A stretch of DNA of 61,478 nt from an uncultured Arcobacter sp. (GTDB lineage Bacteria; Campylobacterota; Campylobacteria; Campylobacterales; Arcobacteraceae): the NCBI GenBank assembly GCA_964538295.1, contig CAZIES010000001.1, positions 1 to 61,478 on the forward strand. The letters are read 5' to 3'. The stretch's first letter is position 1; each line of letters begins with the position of its first letter. The notes below the pieces were generated by a model, which made no database searches, was not told the origin of the DNA, and was given only the letters and a program-made list of their open reading frames with translations. Shown one piece after another: positions 46,812-55,632 of this stretch. Position numbers and translations under genes: made by a program.

Positions 46812-48098
46812 TTATTTACCAGTATATAACTGTCTTGGTCTAGCAATTTTTGCTGTAGGGTCTTGTTTTAATTCTGACCACTGAGTAATCCATCCAACTG
46901 TTCTACCGATTACGAAAATTGGTGTAAACATCTCTACTGGAATTTTTAGCGCTGTTAAAATTACACCTGAATAGAAGTCAATGTTTGGATATAATCCTCT
47001 AGCTTTGAAGTAGTCATCACTTAATGCTGCTTCTTCAACTGCTGCAGCTACATCTAATAATTTAGAATCTAAGTTTAACTCTTCTCTTAATTTATCTTGT
47101 AGCCCTTTTAAGCTTTCAGCTCTTGGGTCTCTGTTTTTGTAAACCCGGTGTCCAAATCCCATTAATCTAAATGGATCATTTTTATCTTTTGCTTTAGCAA
47201 TGTATGTTGGTACATTTTTAACATCGCCAATAAGTCTTAATTGATCCATTACTTTTTCATTTGCTCCACCATGAGCTGAACCCCAAAGTGCAGCAATACC
47301 AGATGCAATAGATACATATGGGTGAGCTTCAGTAGAACCTACTGCTCTAACTGTTGTCGTAGAAGCATTTTGTTCGTGGTCTGCATGAAGTGTAAAGATA
47401 GCATCAAGAGCATCAACTTCAACTTGTTTAATCTCATCATTGATACCACCACCAAGGTTTTTCATTTTTCCACCTGGGTATGCTCTCATCATGTATAAGA
47501 AGTTTTCTGTGAAATATCTATCTACATCTGGGTAGATTTGTGGTACACCAATAGAGTTTCTGTATGCCATTGCTGCAATTGTAGGAATTTTAGCAATGAT
47601 TCGTCTTCTCATCTCTTTAAATTGGTCTTCATCTTCTAAGTTTAAGTGTTCTTTATAGAAAGTTGATAGAGCCATTACTGCGGCACCTAACGTTGCCATA
47701 GGATGTGCATGGTCTGGGAATGCGTCAAATATTCTAATAAGTCCTTCGTGTACAAATGATCTGTGTCTAATCTCTAAATCGAAATCTTTTGACTCTTCTT
47801 TGTTTGGAAGTCTTCCTCTCATTAGTAAATAACAAACATCTAAGTAAGAGTGTTTACCTGCTAATTCAGCTATATCGTACCCTCGATATCTTAATTCAGA
47901 ATTTTCACCATCAATAAATGTGATTTTTGATTCACAAGAAGCTGTTGAAGTATATCCTGGGTCATATGTAAACATTCCTGAATCTTTGTAAAAAGATCGA
48001 ATATCAACAACATCTGGTCCTCGTGTACCACTTAAAATGTCATATTCAAACTCTTTACCAGTTCGGTTGTCTTTTAACGTCATTGTGTTCTTTGCCAT
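46812..48098 (-). CDS. gltA: Citrate synthase
   Basis: 428 aa. HADHEQNASTTTVR, GFGHRVYKNRDPRA and the C-terminal RPRQLYTG motifs. SD AAAGGAGA. Confidence 0.96.
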   Translation of the reverse strand: MAKNTMTLKDNRTGKEFEYDILSGTRGPDVVDIRSFYKDSGMFTYDPGYTSTASCESKITFIDGENSELRYRGYDIAELAGKHSYLDVCYLLMRGRLPNKEESKDFDLEIRHRSFVHEGLIRIFDAFPDHAHPMATLGAAVMALSTFYKEHLNLEDEDQFKEMRRRIIAKIPTIAAMAYRNSIGVPQIYPDVDRYFTENFLYMMRAYPGGKMKNLGGGINDEIKQVEVDALDAIFTLHADHEQNASTTTVRAVGSTEAHPYVSIASGIAALWGSAHGGANEKVMDQLRLIGDVKNVPTYIAKAKDKNDPFRLMGFGHRVYKNRDPRAESLKGLQDKLREELNLDSKLLDVAAAVEEAALSDDYFKARGLYPNIDFYSGVILTALKIPVEMFTPIFVIGRTVGWITQWSELKQDPTAKIARPRQLYTGK

Positions 48099-48127
48099 GT
48101 GTTTTCTCCTTTAGTTAAGTTAAGTTT

Positions 48128-49384
48128 TTATTTGAATTCTGCCACAAATTCATGTCGATATTTTTCAACGATAGATTTAATAATATCTTTTACAGCTGGT
48201 GCAAATACACATACTGTTTTACCATTCATCGTTTCACAAACATCAAGAATTGTGTCTAAGTCTTGGTCTGTACCTTCCCCGTCTAAGACCCGCCGTAGGA
48301 TTTTATCAATCCATCCTGTACCTTCCCTACATGGTGTACACTGCCCGCATGATTCATGGTGGTAGAATTCAATTAAATTCTTTGCCACATCAACCATGGA
48401 TACACCTTCAGGAATAATCATCATTCCTCCTGTACCTAGCGTTGAACCAATATCCCACATTGATTCATAGTCTAAATAAGCAGTTTCTACTTCTTCGGCA
48501 GTTAAAATGGGGCACGATGCCCCGCCTGGAATTACAGCCTTAAGCGTTAAGCCATCTTGCATACCACCACCAATCTCATTGATCACATCAATCATCTTGT
48601 TTCCATATGGCATTTCATATACACCAGGGTTTTTAACAGGACCACTCATTGCAAACAGCATTGTTCCAGGAGCTTTCTCCGTACCATGTTTTGTGTACGA
48701 CTCATAACCATTTAATACAATATTAGGAACAGATGCAATAGTCTCAACGTTATTTACAGTTGCAGGCATACCATAGAACCACTCACACTCTTTACCATGT
48801 GGTTTAAGTCGTGGGTGTCCACGTTTGCCTTCAATTGATTCAATCAGAGCTGACTTTTCACCACAAATATATGCACCACCACCTCTGTGAACAGTGATGT
48901 TCATTCGGTAGTCATATTTATTCATAACTTTTTCACCAATGATGCCTGCTTCATAAGCTTCATCAATGGCAGCATTTAATCTATCAATAAAAAATTTATA
49001 TTCTCCACGGATGTAAATATAACAATCGTGCGCGCCAATAGCGTAGGAAGAACAAATAATTCCTTCAATCAAAAGGTGTGGATCATATTGAAAGATTTGT
49101 CTATCTTTAAATGTTCCAGGTTCTGACTCATCACCATTAGCAATTAAGTATCGAGGTCTATCATCAACAGGAGGCATAAGTTTCCACTTAGGTCCACATG
49201 CTGCTCCTCCTCCACCTTTTCCTCTTAGTCCAGATTTACAAACTTCTTCAGTTACTTCATCTGGTTCCATGCTAAAAAGTTTATCAATAGATTCATATCG
49301 TCCGTGTTTTAAAGCAACTTCAAGTTTATGAGAATCAGGAATGTCAAAGTTTTTACTTACAATTTTTACAATTTCTGCAGCCAT
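48128..49384 (-). CDS. nuoF: NADH-quinone oxidoreductase subunit F (NADH/FMN-binding)
   Basis: GLRGKGGGGAACGPKW glycine loop, ANGDESEPGTFKDR, YICGEKSALIESIEGKRGHPR, and N3 cluster ESCGQCTPCREG. Confidence 0.92.
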   Translation of the reverse strand: MAAEIVKIVSKNFDIPDSHKLEVALKHGRYESIDKLFSMEPDEVTEEVCKSGLRGKGGGGAACGPKWKLMPPVDDRPRYLIANGDESEPGTFKDRQIFQYDPHLLIEGIICSSYAIGAHDCYIYIRGEYKFFIDRLNAAIDEAYEAGIIGEKVMNKYDYRMNITVHRGGGAYICGEKSALIESIEGKRGHPRLKPHGKECEWFYGMPATVNNVETIASVPNIVLNGYESYTKHGTEKAPGTMLFAMSGPVKNPGVYEMPYGNKMIDVINEIGGGMQDGLTLKAVIPGGASCPILTAEEVETAYLDYESMWDIGSTLGTGGMMIIPEGVSMVDVAKNLIEFYHHESCGQCTPCREGTGWIDKILRRVLDGEGTDQDLDTILDVCETMNGKTVCVFAPAVKDIIKSIVEKYRHEFVAEFK

Positions 49385-49860
49385 TACTTACACCCCTCGA
49401 TAATATTTTTTAATTTATCAACTGTTAAGTTCTCATGATATGTGTGATTTAATGCAATCATAGGTGCTCCACCACATGCTCCTTGACACTCAACTTCACT
49501 TAGATGAAATTTTCCATCTTCACTTGTTTGACCTGGTTCAATACCGATTGTCTCTTTAATGAATTTTTTAAGTTCAGGTGCACCCATAATCATACAAGAT
49601 AGAGTTTTACATAATTCTATGTGGTATGTTCCAATTGGTTTTAAATTAAACATCGTATAAAATGATGCAAAAGAGTGCACTTCAATTGGTGATTTTCCAA
49701 GTTTATCTGCAATAAAAATCATTGCTTCAGGAGATACCCATCCTTCTTGTTCTTGAACTAGCCAAAGTCCAGGAAGCATCATTGAGTCTGAGTTTGGATA
49801 TTTTGCTAAAATTCTTTGAAACTCTTTTTCATTCTCTTGCGTATATATAAATTTACCCAT
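49384..49860 (-). CDS. nuoE: NADH-quinone oxidoreductase subunit E (2Fe-2S)
   Basis: CKTLSC ... CQGACGGAPM cysteine pattern; 158 aa. Confidence 0.92.
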   Translation of the reverse strand: MGKFIYTQENEKEFQRILAKYPNSDSMMLPGLWLVQEQEGWVSPEAMIFIADKLGKSPIEVHSFASFYTMFNLKPIGTYHIELCKTLSCMIMGAPELKKFIKETIGIEPGQTSEDGKFHLSEVECQGACGGAPMIALNHTYHENLTVDKLKNIIEGCK

Positions 49861-51494
49861 TATCTATCAAACTCCCCTGCAATAAAGTTCATTGATGCCA
49901 TAGTAATAACGGCATCGGCTAGCATTGAATTTTCTACAATTTTAGAATATGCTGCTAGTGAATAAAAACATGGTGGACGACATTTAACTTTATATGGCGT
50001 TCCACTTCCATCACTTGTAATGTGGAAACCTAGTTCACCGTTCGCTGCTTCTGTTGAACCGTAATATTCACCTTTAGGAACTTTAACCCCTTCAAATGTT
50101 AATTTGAATTGATTCATAAGTCCTTCAATGTTTCCATAAACATCTGGTTTTGAAGGTAAGACAATACCTTGATGATCTACATTAACTGGACCGTCTGGTA
50201 ACTCTTTCATTGCTTGTTCAATGATTCTAATTGATTGTCGCATCTCTTCAAATCGAACCATGATTCGGTCATAAACATCACCATGGCTTCCAATAACGAC
50301 ATCAAAGTCAAAATTTTCATATCCGTAGTATGGATTATCTTTTCGCATATCGTATGAAACACCAGCTGCTCTTAAGTTTGGACCAGTAATCCCATTATCA
50401 ATAGCAAAATCAGCCGTAATAACACCCACATCTTGTGATCTATCTTGGAAAATTCTATTTTTTTCAACTAGGGATAAAGCATCATCAATTGATTTTTCAA
50501 CATCTCTTAAAACGTCATCTAAGTCTGCTTCAAACCCATCATATAAATCGTAAGTTTGACCACCAATTCTTGTGTAAGAGTTTGTTAGTCTTGCACCTGT
50601 TAATTTTGAAAGTAGGTCATAGGCTTTATCTCGCGGTGCAAAGATGTACCAGAAGTTTGTTAATCCACCCATATCAACCATGTTCGCTGCATTACAAACA
50701 ATATGGTCAGTAATTCGTGAAAGTTCACCAATAATAACTCGAATCATTTTTGCTCGTGGTGTGATATCAATTTGAAGCATCTCTTCAACCGCTTTTGAAT
50801 AACCGATGTTATTTAAGATAGCTGAACAGTAGTTAAGTCGATCAGTATAAGGAATAATTTGATTGTAAGTGTGTGTTTCACACGCTTTCTCAAATCCTCT
50901 ATGTAAGTAACCAATTTCAGTAACACACGCCGCAATACTTTCCCCTTCCATTGCTAAAAAGTTACGAATAGTACCGTGAGATGCTGGATGTGAAGGACCT
51001 ATATTTAAGAACATTAACTCTTCATGATCTTGTTGCGTATATCCTTTTGATTCAAGTAGTGGAATCATTTCATCCATCAAGTCTTCAGTTTCTGTACAGA
51101 TTTGTCCTTTTGTAACAGGATAATCTTTTCGTAAAGGGTGACCCGTAAACTGATGGTGATTTAACACTCTTTTCATATTTGGATGACCTGTAAAAGTTAC
51201 TCCATATTGGTCAAAAGCTTCTCTTTCTGCCCAGTTTGCAGCTGCAAAAAGATCAGTGATTGTTGGTACGGCTAAACTGTTGTCATCAACATACGTTTTA
51301 ATTGTTTTTTGGTGTTTGAAGGTAGTATCTCTTAAAATATAAATTACTGCAAATCGTGATGGTGTTACATCTGGAAATTTTAGATAATCAACAACAGTAA
51401 TATCTAAAAGCAGATTGAAATTCTCTTCATTTTTTAGTTTTGTAATAAGAGGTTTAAGCTCATTTACATCAACAATTATATCAGGCTTAAGCAT
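49860..51494 (-). CDS. nuoCD: NADH-quinone oxidoreductase fused subunit C/D
   Basis: NuoC part (NWAEREAFDQYGVTFTGHP...LRKDYP) is followed in the same ORF by NuoD (NIGPSHPASHGT...RIGG...C-terminal GEFDR). 544 aa. Confidence 0.93.
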   Translation of the reverse strand: MLKPDIIVDVNELKPLITKLKNEENFNLLLDITVVDYLKFPDVTPSRFAVIYILRDTTFKHQKTIKTYVDDNSLAVPTITDLFAAANWAEREAFDQYGVTFTGHPNMKRVLNHHQFTGHPLRKDYPVTKGQICTETEDLMDEMIPLLESKGYTQQDHEELMFLNIGPSHPASHGTIRNFLAMEGESIAACVTEIGYLHRGFEKACETHTYNQIIPYTDRLNYCSAILNNIGYSKAVEEMLQIDITPRAKMIRVIIGELSRITDHIVCNAANMVDMGGLTNFWYIFAPRDKAYDLLSKLTGARLTNSYTRIGGQTYDLYDGFEADLDDVLRDVEKSIDDALSLVEKNRIFQDRSQDVGVITADFAIDNGITGPNLRAAGVSYDMRKDNPYYGYENFDFDVVIGSHGDVYDRIMVRFEEMRQSIRIIEQAMKELPDGPVNVDHQGIVLPSKPDVYGNIEGLMNQFKLTFEGVKVPKGEYYGSTEAANGELGFHITSDGSGTPYKVKCRPPCFYSLAAYSKIVENSMLADAVITMASMNFIAGEFDR

Positions 51495-52002
51495 CTAGGA
51501 TTCCTTTGTACTCTTTAACTCTATCTTTTAAAATAGATTCATCTTGTGCTCTTTCTTGAATTCGCATAATTGCATCAAGAACAGCCTCAGGTCGTGGAGG
51601 ACATCCTGAAATATATTCATCAACTGGAATGATTTCATCAATTCCTTGTAGGGTTGTATAGTTGTCATAAAAACCACCAGAACTCGCACATGCACCCATT
51701 GAAATAACCCATTTTGGTTCACACATTTGATCATAAATCTTTTTGAGTACAGGTGCTTGTTTGTAGCTAATGGTTCCTGCTACAAAAAGTAAATCTGCTT
51801 GTCGTGGAGAGAATCGCACAACTTCTGCTCCAAATCGTGATAAGTCATATCGTGAGGCTGCAACTGACATAAATTCAATACCACAACATGCTGTACCAAA
51901 TACCATTGGCCATAGTGAGTATGATCGTGCCCAGTTTACTGCCTTGTCAAGTCGTGTGGTAACAATAGAGTCACCTAAACCAGCTTCTGCTCCTAATCCC
52001 AT
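51487..52002 (-). CDS. nuoB: NADH-quinone oxidoreductase subunit B
   Basis: N2 cluster ligands CCGIEFM ... GACASSGG ... GCPPRPE. Confidence 0.96.
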   Translation of the reverse strand: MGLGAEAGLGDSIVTTRLDKAVNWARSYSLWPMVFGTACCGIEFMSVAASRYDLSRFGAEVVRFSPRQADLLFVAGTISYKQAPVLKKIYDQMCEPKWVISMGACASSGGFYDNYTTLQGIDEIIPVDEYISGCPPRPEAVLDAIMRIQERAQDESILKDRVKEYKGILDA

Positions 52003-52367
52003 GAAAGTGCCTTTTTCTTATAGATATAAATTAGTCCTGCAATAAGCAGCCCCATAAACATGAACATTTCTGAAAGTCCCAGAATTCCAAGTTCTCTAAG
52101 GTTTACTGCCCAAGGAAACATAAAAATAATTTCAACATCAAATATTACAAATAAAATTGCTACAAGGTAGAATTTTACGCTAAATCGTAAGTTGGTTCCC
52201 CCAATAGGGTTAGAAACCCCTGATTCATAGACGGTGTTTTTTGCTATATCATCTTTGTTATTTGGTCCTAGATATTTGGTTAGGAAAAAAACACCCACAA
52301 GGATGATACCAATTACAACAAATATTGCTGATGCTAATAGTAATTCGTTTGACATTTGTTTATCCAT
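51993..52367 (-). CDS. nuoA: NADH-quinone oxidoreductase subunit A (start 52367 or 52355)
   Basis: 124-aa 3-TM protein with YESG and FDVEIIFMFPWA motifs. Confidence 0.9.
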   Translation of the reverse strand: MDKQMSNELLLASAIFVVIGIILVGVFFLTKYLGPNNKDDIAKNTVYESGVSNPIGGTNLRFSVKFYLVAILFVIFDVEIIFMFPWAVNLRELGILGLSEMFMFMGLLIAGLIYIYKKKALSWD

Positions 52368-52381
52368 TTAATTTTATATGG

Positions 52382-52413
52382 GTAGATTGTACTATAAGTT
52401 TAATACAATCTAC
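52382..52413. repeat. Perfect 10-bp inverted repeat gtagattgta-N12-tacaatctac in the nuoA leader
   Basis: Read directly from the sequence; lies 15-46 nt upstream of the nuoA start. Confidence 0.6.
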
Positions 52414-52423
52414 GTGCGAAAAG

Positions 52424-52441
52424 TGTTTAATTAATTAAACA
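52424..52441. repeat. Perfect 18-bp palindrome TGTTTAATTAATTAAACA
   Basis: Read directly from the sequence; lies between the aminotransferase stop (52484) and nuoA. Confidence 0.6.
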
Positions 52442-52483
52442 TTCAGGTGAGTGAGAAAAAAGGTAATACTTTCTTGATATTAA

Positions 52484-53653
52484 TCAATTTCCATCGAAAA
52501 TTGTTACAATTTTACTCAGGGCAGTTTTGAGCTCTGATTGAGGTAATGCACAGTTGAGTCTAAAGTAACATTCCCCGTTTTTACCGAAGGTTAAGCCATC
52601 ATTCAGAGCAACTTTTGCAACTTTTAACAACTTGGCTTTCACTTCAGAGTGAGACATAGAATAATTTTTAAAGCTAAACCAAAGCAGATATGTTGCCTCG
52701 GGTCTTTTGAAGGTGATTTTAGAATTTGTTTCTTTTAGATACATATCAACAAAAGTAATATTATTGTTAATATAAGCTAATAATTCTTTAAGCCAAGGTT
52801 GTCCATTTTCATAGGCACTTTGTAAGGCAGTAAATCCAAAAACATTAATAGAATTAATTTCTCTTTTAATAATGACATCATTAAATTTCTTTAATAGGTC
52901 TTTATTTTCACAAATTGCATAAGAACAATTTAATCCTGCAATATTAAAGGTTTTACCAGCAGCATTTAGAGTAATAGTGATGTCTGAAATCTCTTTTGAA
53001 ATTTTTGCAAGGGGTGTAAATTTTTTAAAAACAATATCTGCATGAATTTCATCGGAAATAATTGTGATATTGTTTTCAATACAAATATCTGCTAACGCTT
53101 TTAGCTCGTCTTTGTTCCATACTCGACCAACTGGATTGTGCGGTGAGCATAGAGTTAATATCTTTGTTTTTGGGGTAATTTTAGATTTTAAATCTTCTAA
53201 ATCCATTGTGTAATAGCCATTTTCTTCTTTTAATGGATTGATAACTAATTCACGTTTATTGTGTTTTACGCTATTAAAAAGTGGATAATATACAGGTGTT
53301 TGTACGATAACTTCATCCCCCTCATTACTGAAAGCTTCAAGAGCAGCAGAGTATGCAGGAACAACTCCATTTGCTAAACTTAACCATGAAGCATCAATCT
53401 CCCAATCATGTCGATCTTTCATCCAGTTAACAATGGAGTTTAGAAGCTTAGGAGTTGCTTTTGCATAACCATAAATACCATGTTGTGCACGTTCTATGAT
53501 GGCATTATTAATAAACTCAGGAGTTTTAAAATCCATATCCGCAACCCACAGTGGCTGAGCATCATCTATACCAAAATATTTAGGTAAAGCGTCATATTTT
53601 AAACAGTCAGTATTTTTTCTATTTACAATTTCATCAAAATTATGCATATTCAA
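52484..53653 (-). CDS. PLP-dependent aminotransferase, MalY/PatB (cystathionine beta-lyase-like) family
   Basis: N-terminal NR.NTDCLKYD, PLWVADMDF, SPHNPVGRVW and the SDEIHADIVF..(K in NAAGKTFN) pattern typical of PatB/MalY. Confidence 0.87.
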   Translation of the reverse strand: MNMHNFDEIVNRKNTDCLKYDALPKYFGIDDAQPLWVADMDFKTPEFINNAIIERAQHGIYGYAKATPKLLNSIVNWMKDRHDWEIDASWLSLANGVVPAYSAALEAFSNEGDEVIVQTPVYYPLFNSVKHNKRELVINPLKEENGYYTMDLEDLKSKITPKTKILTLCSPHNPVGRVWNKDELKALADICIENNITIISDEIHADIVFKKFTPLAKISKEISDITITLNAAGKTFNIAGLNCSYAICENKDLLKKFNDVIIKREINSINVFGFTALQSAYENGQPWLKELLAYINNNITFVDMYLKETNSKITFKRPEATYLLWFSFKNYSMSHSEVKAKLLKVAKVALNDGLTFGKNGECYFRLNCALPQSELKTALSKIVTIFDGN

Positions 53654-53783
53654 TTCTCTTATAATAATTATTTTTTCGTATTATAGCAAAGCTATACTTT
53701 TTATATCTTTTTTTGTTCTACCGTGGCTTTTTTAATTAGGGATAAGATAAAATAACTGCCATATTTAAATACTAGGCATAATT

Positions 53784-55598
53784 ATGAAAGAAGCAATTGA
53801 ACTATTAAAAAAGAATGATTTATTACGAGTCATTGATGAAGAACTTGATATTTATTTAGAAGTACCCCATGTGGCTTATGTAGAAGTTAAAAAAGAGGAT
53901 TCTAAAGCCATTTTATTTACTAATGTTGTGGATAGAAAAAATGATAAAAAGTTTGATGTTCCTGTTTTAATGAATGTATTTTGTAATGAAAAAGCGGTGA
54001 AACTTTTTATTGGAGATGGGGATAAAATTGGGGCTGAAATTGAGTCTTTATTAAAAATGAAACCCCCAACAAGTTTTAGTGAAAAGCTTTCTACTTTTGG
54101 AAAACTATTCGCTTTAAAGAATACCATTCCAAAGAAGAATAAAGGAAAAGGTGAGTGTCAACAGGTTATTAAACTAGGAGATGAAGCAAAACTTTCTGAT
54201 TTGCCAGTTTTAACTACGTGGGAACAAGATGGTGGACCTTTTATTACGATGGGACAAGTCTATACCACATCATTGAATGGTGAGATGAAAAACTTAGGAA
54301 TGTATCGTCTGCAAGTTTATGACGATAATACTCTTGGAATGCATTGGCAGATTCATAAAGACTCTAATCACTTTTTTCACGAGTACAAAAAAGCAGGTAA
54401 AAAGATGCCAGTATCCATTGGTATTGGTGGGGACCCTATGTATATTTGGTGTGGGCAAGCACCACTACCTATTGGTATATTTGAGTTGATGCTTTATGGA
54501 TTTGTTAAAAACAAAAATGCACAGTTAGTTAAAAGTATTACCAATGATATTTACGTACCAAGGGATAATGACTATATTATTGAAGGTTTTGTCGACCCAA
54601 GTCAAATGCGTATGGAAGGTCCATTTGGAGATCATACGGGATACTATACCTTAGAAGAAGAGTATCCTTTTATGGAAGTAACGGCTATTACGAGTAAACA
54701 AAACCCAACGTATTTAGCAACCGTTGTTGGTAAGCCACCACTAGAAGATAAATATATGGGGCATGCAACTGAACGTATTTTTTTACCGCTTCTTAAAACA
54801 ACTGCACCTGATTTGATTGATTATTATATGCCTGAAAATGGAGTTTTTCATAATTTGATTATTGCAAAAATTAAAACACTTTATCCTGGTCATGCCCAAC
54901 AGATGATGCATGCTTTTTGGGGAGTAGGGCAGATGAGTTTTGTCAAACATGCTATCTTTGTAGGAGAAGATGCACCAGAGTTAACTGACCATGATGCCTT
55001 AACAAGGTATATATTAAATCGACTTAATATTGAAGAGATGATGATTTCTAAAGGTGTTGTTGATGCCCTAGATCACTCTAGTCCAAAATTTGCTCTTGGA
55101 GGAAAGTTAGGACTTGATTGTACGGGTTCTGAGATTCCTATGCAAGGAATAAAGGTTTTAAAAGATGACGAGCTTTTAGAGCGAATACAAGAAATTACGT
55201 TAGAAGTAAAACAGTTAAAACAGTATTATATTAATACTAAAAATCCAGTGACAGTTATAACTGTTGATAAAAAACGTAGCCAAAAACATCTCTTTGAAAC
55301 GTTAAAGCCACTCTATGATCATATTAAAGTGTTAGTGATTGTGGATGACGCTAATCAAAATGATGTTGATAACCCTTACATGCTAGTTTGGAGGGTAGTT
55401 AATAATATCGATTCTAACCGAGATATTTATATTGATGGGCATACCATAGGTGTTGATGGTACCAATAAAAATGAGTTAGATAACTTTTTAAGACGTTGGC
55501 CTGATGATGTAGATTGTACACCAGAGGTTCTTCAGAGTCTTAGAGAAAGAAAAATTATTGACGTAAGTGATGCTTTAGTTAAGCAGTATCAGTTATAA
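53784..55598 (+). CDS. UbiD-family (prenylated-FMN) decarboxylase, menaquinone-biosynthesis type
   Basis: 604 aa. GGPFITMGQVYT, NLGMYRLQV, HWQIHKD and GPFGDHTGYY are UbiD signatures. Confidence 0.9.
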   Translation: MKEAIELLKKNDLLRVIDEELDIYLEVPHVAYVEVKKEDSKAILFTNVVDRKNDKKFDVPVLMNVFCNEKAVKLFIGDGDKIGAEIESLLKMKPPTSFSEKLSTFGKLFALKNTIPKKNKGKGECQQVIKLGDEAKLSDLPVLTTWEQDGGPFITMGQVYTTSLNGEMKNLGMYRLQVYDDNTLGMHWQIHKDSNHFFHEYKKAGKKMPVSIGIGGDPMYIWCGQAPLPIGIFELMLYGFVKNKNAQLVKSITNDIYVPRDNDYIIEGFVDPSQMRMEGPFGDHTGYYTLEEEYPFMEVTAITSKQNPTYLATVVGKPPLEDKYMGHATERIFLPLLKTTAPDLIDYYMPENGVFHNLIIAKIKTLYPGHAQQMMHAFWGVGQMSFVKHAIFVGEDAPELTDHDALTRYILNRLNIEEMMISKGVVDALDHSSPKFALGGKLGLDCTGSEIPMQGIKVLKDDELLERIQEITLEVKQLKQYYINTKNPVTVITVDKKRSQKHLFETLKPLYDHIKVLVIVDDANQNDVDNPYMLVWRVVNNIDSNRDIYIDGHTIGVDGTNKNELDNFLRRWPDDVDCTPEVLQSLRERKIIDVSDALVKQYQL

Positions 55599-55632
55599 AA
55601 GTAGGAGTTATCCTACTTTTACACTGTTTTTT
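55597..55632 (+). terminator. Terminator hairpin spanning the convergent UbiD/GGDEF gene ends
   Basis: 10-bp stem aaaagtagga / tcctactttt (55597-55606 / 55611-55620), loop gtta, then acactgTTTTTT. The right arm overlaps the last codons of the minus-strand gene. Confidence 0.6.
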
